NCBI GenBank assembly: GCA_946965045.2
Contig: CAMPTO020000005.1
Coordinates: 1-64,000, forward strand
Origin: Epithemia pelagica
Taxonomy: Eukaryota; Protista; Bacillariophyta
DNA length: 64,000 bases
Direction of reading: 5' to 3'
Under the pieces are notes generated by a model, which made no database searches, was not told where the DNA came from, and was given only the letters and a program-made list of their open reading frames with translations. Position numbers and translations under genes: made by a program. The first letter of the stretch is position 1. Each line of letters begins with the position of its first letter. Shown piece after piece: positions 61,521 through 64,000 of the stretch.

Positions 61521-62040
61521 ATCACATGGTTGGGTTTTCATGGAAACAGAAGAAAATGATTAGTGGGCATATAGGAAAACGACAAAACGAACTCTCACTG
61601 TTGTCTTGTCGACTTGGCTTACCTAGCACCTTTCCAATTTGAAAAAGGAAATGATTCTCTTTGTGTTCGCCTGTTTGTTGTAGCTGTTGTTGTTGTTGTT
61701 GCTGTTGTGTTGTTGTTGTTGTTGTTGTTGCTGCTGCTGTGTGTTTTTTGGGGCGTTGGGGGTTGGTGTGAGTTGGATGAGGCACTCTATGACTCTATAG
61801 TCAAAAAGTGATCACAAAAGTGGGAGAGTATATCTTTTGTGTGGTTGTTGTGTGAGGAAAATCTAATTTTCAGCGTTCTTCTGTGATTTTGTGTCCATTG
61901 TTCTTCGTATGTCACTGTGACGTGATTTGGTGGTGGAGGAGAAATTTGTGGGTCGCTTTTGGAGTTTACGTGCGACTGGAATACTAGGTGTTATATGTGT
62001 AGCTAGTAGTTAGGTATCTAGGCAAAGGTTAGGCTCTGTG

Positions 62041-62222
62041 CACGCGTTTCCACATACAATAAACATGCTCACGCGGGTGTCAACACGTTTCACGCGTTGT
62101 CTACACGTTTCACGCGCATTCACGCGCAATCTGGAGCGCCACGCGCTTCGTACGCGCCAAATCCGCGTGATCCGTGTTCTGGGGGTGCTGCACGCGCCTA
62201 TTGGGCGTGTGTCACGCGCCTG
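62041..62222. repeat. Cluster of about ten CACGCG/ACGCG motifs at the right end of the insert
   Basis: gcacgcg, tcacgcg (several), ccacgcg, tacgcg, ccgcgtg within ~180 bp. Confidence 0.75.
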
Positions 62223-62265
62223 TTGGTGGAATTCCAGTCACTTATCTTCAAAAAACCTCCTTAGA

Positions 62266-63198
62266 CGCAACGAGTTCAAGACGGCCAATCCCTTGGTTGC
62301 ATATTTGGTGAACCATTTCAACGTCACCGACCTCCTTCATGCGATGCGTGGCTATCAACGGGCCTCCCAAGAGAAGATGGCTGCCAATGCACAGTCCCAG
62401 GCCAAGTCCCGCAATCCTCGCGATGATTCCACTTCTCGTGGTTCTACGAAGCGTTTTCGCTCCTCTAATGGTGGCCGTGGCGGTCTCCGCGGCGGCAATC
62501 GCCAGTCTAATGGTGGACGTCAAGCGTCCGGTGATCGTCCCGTCAATGACGGCAATGCCTGTCCGTACAAGGACGCGATTCCTTCGCACGCCAATCATAC
62601 TTGGGCCAACTGCATCTACAACCCGCAGTCCTCCAATTTTAACCAAGAGCGTTTCAACGCCTTTCTTGCCCGTACCGGGTCTGGTCTTCGTACCCCTACT
62701 GGGTCTCACCCCAACAATGGTTCTCAGAACCAAGGCCGTAACGGCCAAGGCTCTCGTAGCCAGGGAACTCCCTCATCTGGAGGATCGCGCCCTATTGGTT
62801 CCAGTTGGGGCGCTGTTCCCCGTCGTTCTGGATCTGGCTCAGACCAGCATGCCTCTGAAGGCACCAACACAGGCGACAATCCACCGGTTGATCCGTTGTT
62901 GGCCGAGCCGTTGCCTTCTGTGCAAGACGCGGCCTATCGTGCTCGTCAACGTCCTCTCGCTGATACTCGTGATTGGTCGAGTCTCCGCAATGCCGATCAA
63001 ACGGTCCCCGGTATGTGCTCTTCTTCCTTTTTTACCTCATCCTCTCCGGATATTTCTCATCATCTTGATGTTCTTTTTGCTCAGCAATGTCACATCCAGA
63101 CTGGCCCTCCACAGGCTATGCCGGCCGAGAATGCCATCCTCAGGCCCCAATTCTCGAGGTCCGCGAACAATTGTTCAAGATCTACGGGCGTAACATAG
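62266..63198 (+). mobile_element. gag: Ty3/gypsy gag, C-terminal part with zinc knuckle
   Basis: RNEFKTANP continues ...LGSPVA(W). CPYKDAIPSHANHTWANCIYNP is a nucleocapsid-type knuckle. Confidence 0.75.
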
Positions 63199-64000
63199 AT
63201 ATCGCCCACATCTACGACTTGTCCTCCCCTGAAGGCAACGACGAATACTGTCGCTTCCCCTTGTCTTAAAAACTGTCCCAATCCTACGGATGCTGTCATC
63301 GCTGACATCGTTGATCCCAATAATGGTTTTTTATCTAACCTAGATCACTATGAAGATGTCTACTCATCTAGTTCTGTCTCTGACGCTCCTAGTTTATCTA
63401 GTCCCCTTTCGGTCGCTCCCTCTGAGCCTCCGTCTGTTCCCCTCACCATTTTGATGGCTCGGTCCATTGGTGGAGTCGAGAACACCGTCCCGTTGCGTGC
63501 CCTGCTCGATTCAGGCGCCGACAAGACGATCCTGCACGCGCGCTGTCTTCAGCCCGGCATGCATCCACGTGTAACCAATCGGTCTGTCAATACCACCATG
63601 GGTACGCGCGACCACGTCTCCGAGATTCTTCTCGAAGATTTGGTTCTCCCCGAGTTTTCTCGGACCAAACACATTTCATACCCCCTTTGGGCCGACATTT
63701 TTGATGCCCCCAATTGTCGTTATGACATCATTATTGGCCGCGATCTCTTGCGTCGCTTGGGCATTGTGCTCAATTTCAACACTGGTCTCACAACTTGGGA
63801 CTCAGTTGATGTCGCTATGCGCCACCGCGATTCATTCGCCACAGACCAGACATTCATGTCTCATTTCATCGACATCTTTGCCGACGATCCCATTATTGGT
63901 GACCAATTCCTCTTGGATTCGAACTACGTTCCTACGGATCTACAAGAGTTGATTGACAAACAGAATCATCTTACCGATGCCCAAAAGCAAGATCTTCTTG
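63199..64000 (+). mobile_element. pol: Gypsy pol start: aspartic protease, open to the window end
   Basis: Frame-1 translation LRALLDSGADKTIL...YDIIIGRDLLRRLGIVLNF. Missing from the ORF track because there is no stop in the window. Confidence 0.88.

Noticed and set aside
49940-62268. Helitron identity for the 12.3-kb insert
   Set aside because: A TC start can be read, but no CTRR end with hairpin, no A/T target and no Rep/helicase were found.

Overview
Eukaryotic nuclear DNA, most likely a pennate diatom (short GT-AG introns, CoDi-like Ty1/copia, diatom-type Ty3/gypsy gag, a Lys/Tyr/Pro-rich cell-wall-type protein). The window is transposon-rich. 1-10.6 kb: an LRR pseudogene remnant, then a large DDE-type transposase gene (minus strand) interrupted in frame by a 5.4-kb non-autonomous copia element with near-identical 756-bp LTRs, a GTTTA target-site duplication and a PBS matching a half tRNA-Asn. 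11.2-16.2 kb: an intron-containing tyrosine-recombinase (Crypton-like) element followed head-to-tail by three ~180-bp mini-cassettes; each junction looks like a recombinase core site. 16-40 kb: five tandem Kelch-repeat paralogues, a truncated LRR pseudogene and an apparently intact LRR-TIR gene. 40-48 kb: ordinary host genes (Sec14/CRAL-TRIO, KXXK/PTPK-rich secreted protein, aquaglyceroporin). 49-64 kb: a gypsy element whose gag is split at a conserved Trp codon by a ~12.3-kb insert. The insert holds ~50 copies of a 170-bp satellite, a Cys-rich ORF and a TET/JBP-like 2OG-Fe(II) dioxygenase gene, with CACGCG repeats at its right end. This insert is the strongest candidate for an undescribed system. 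All family assignments come from motif recognition by eye; no database search was run.
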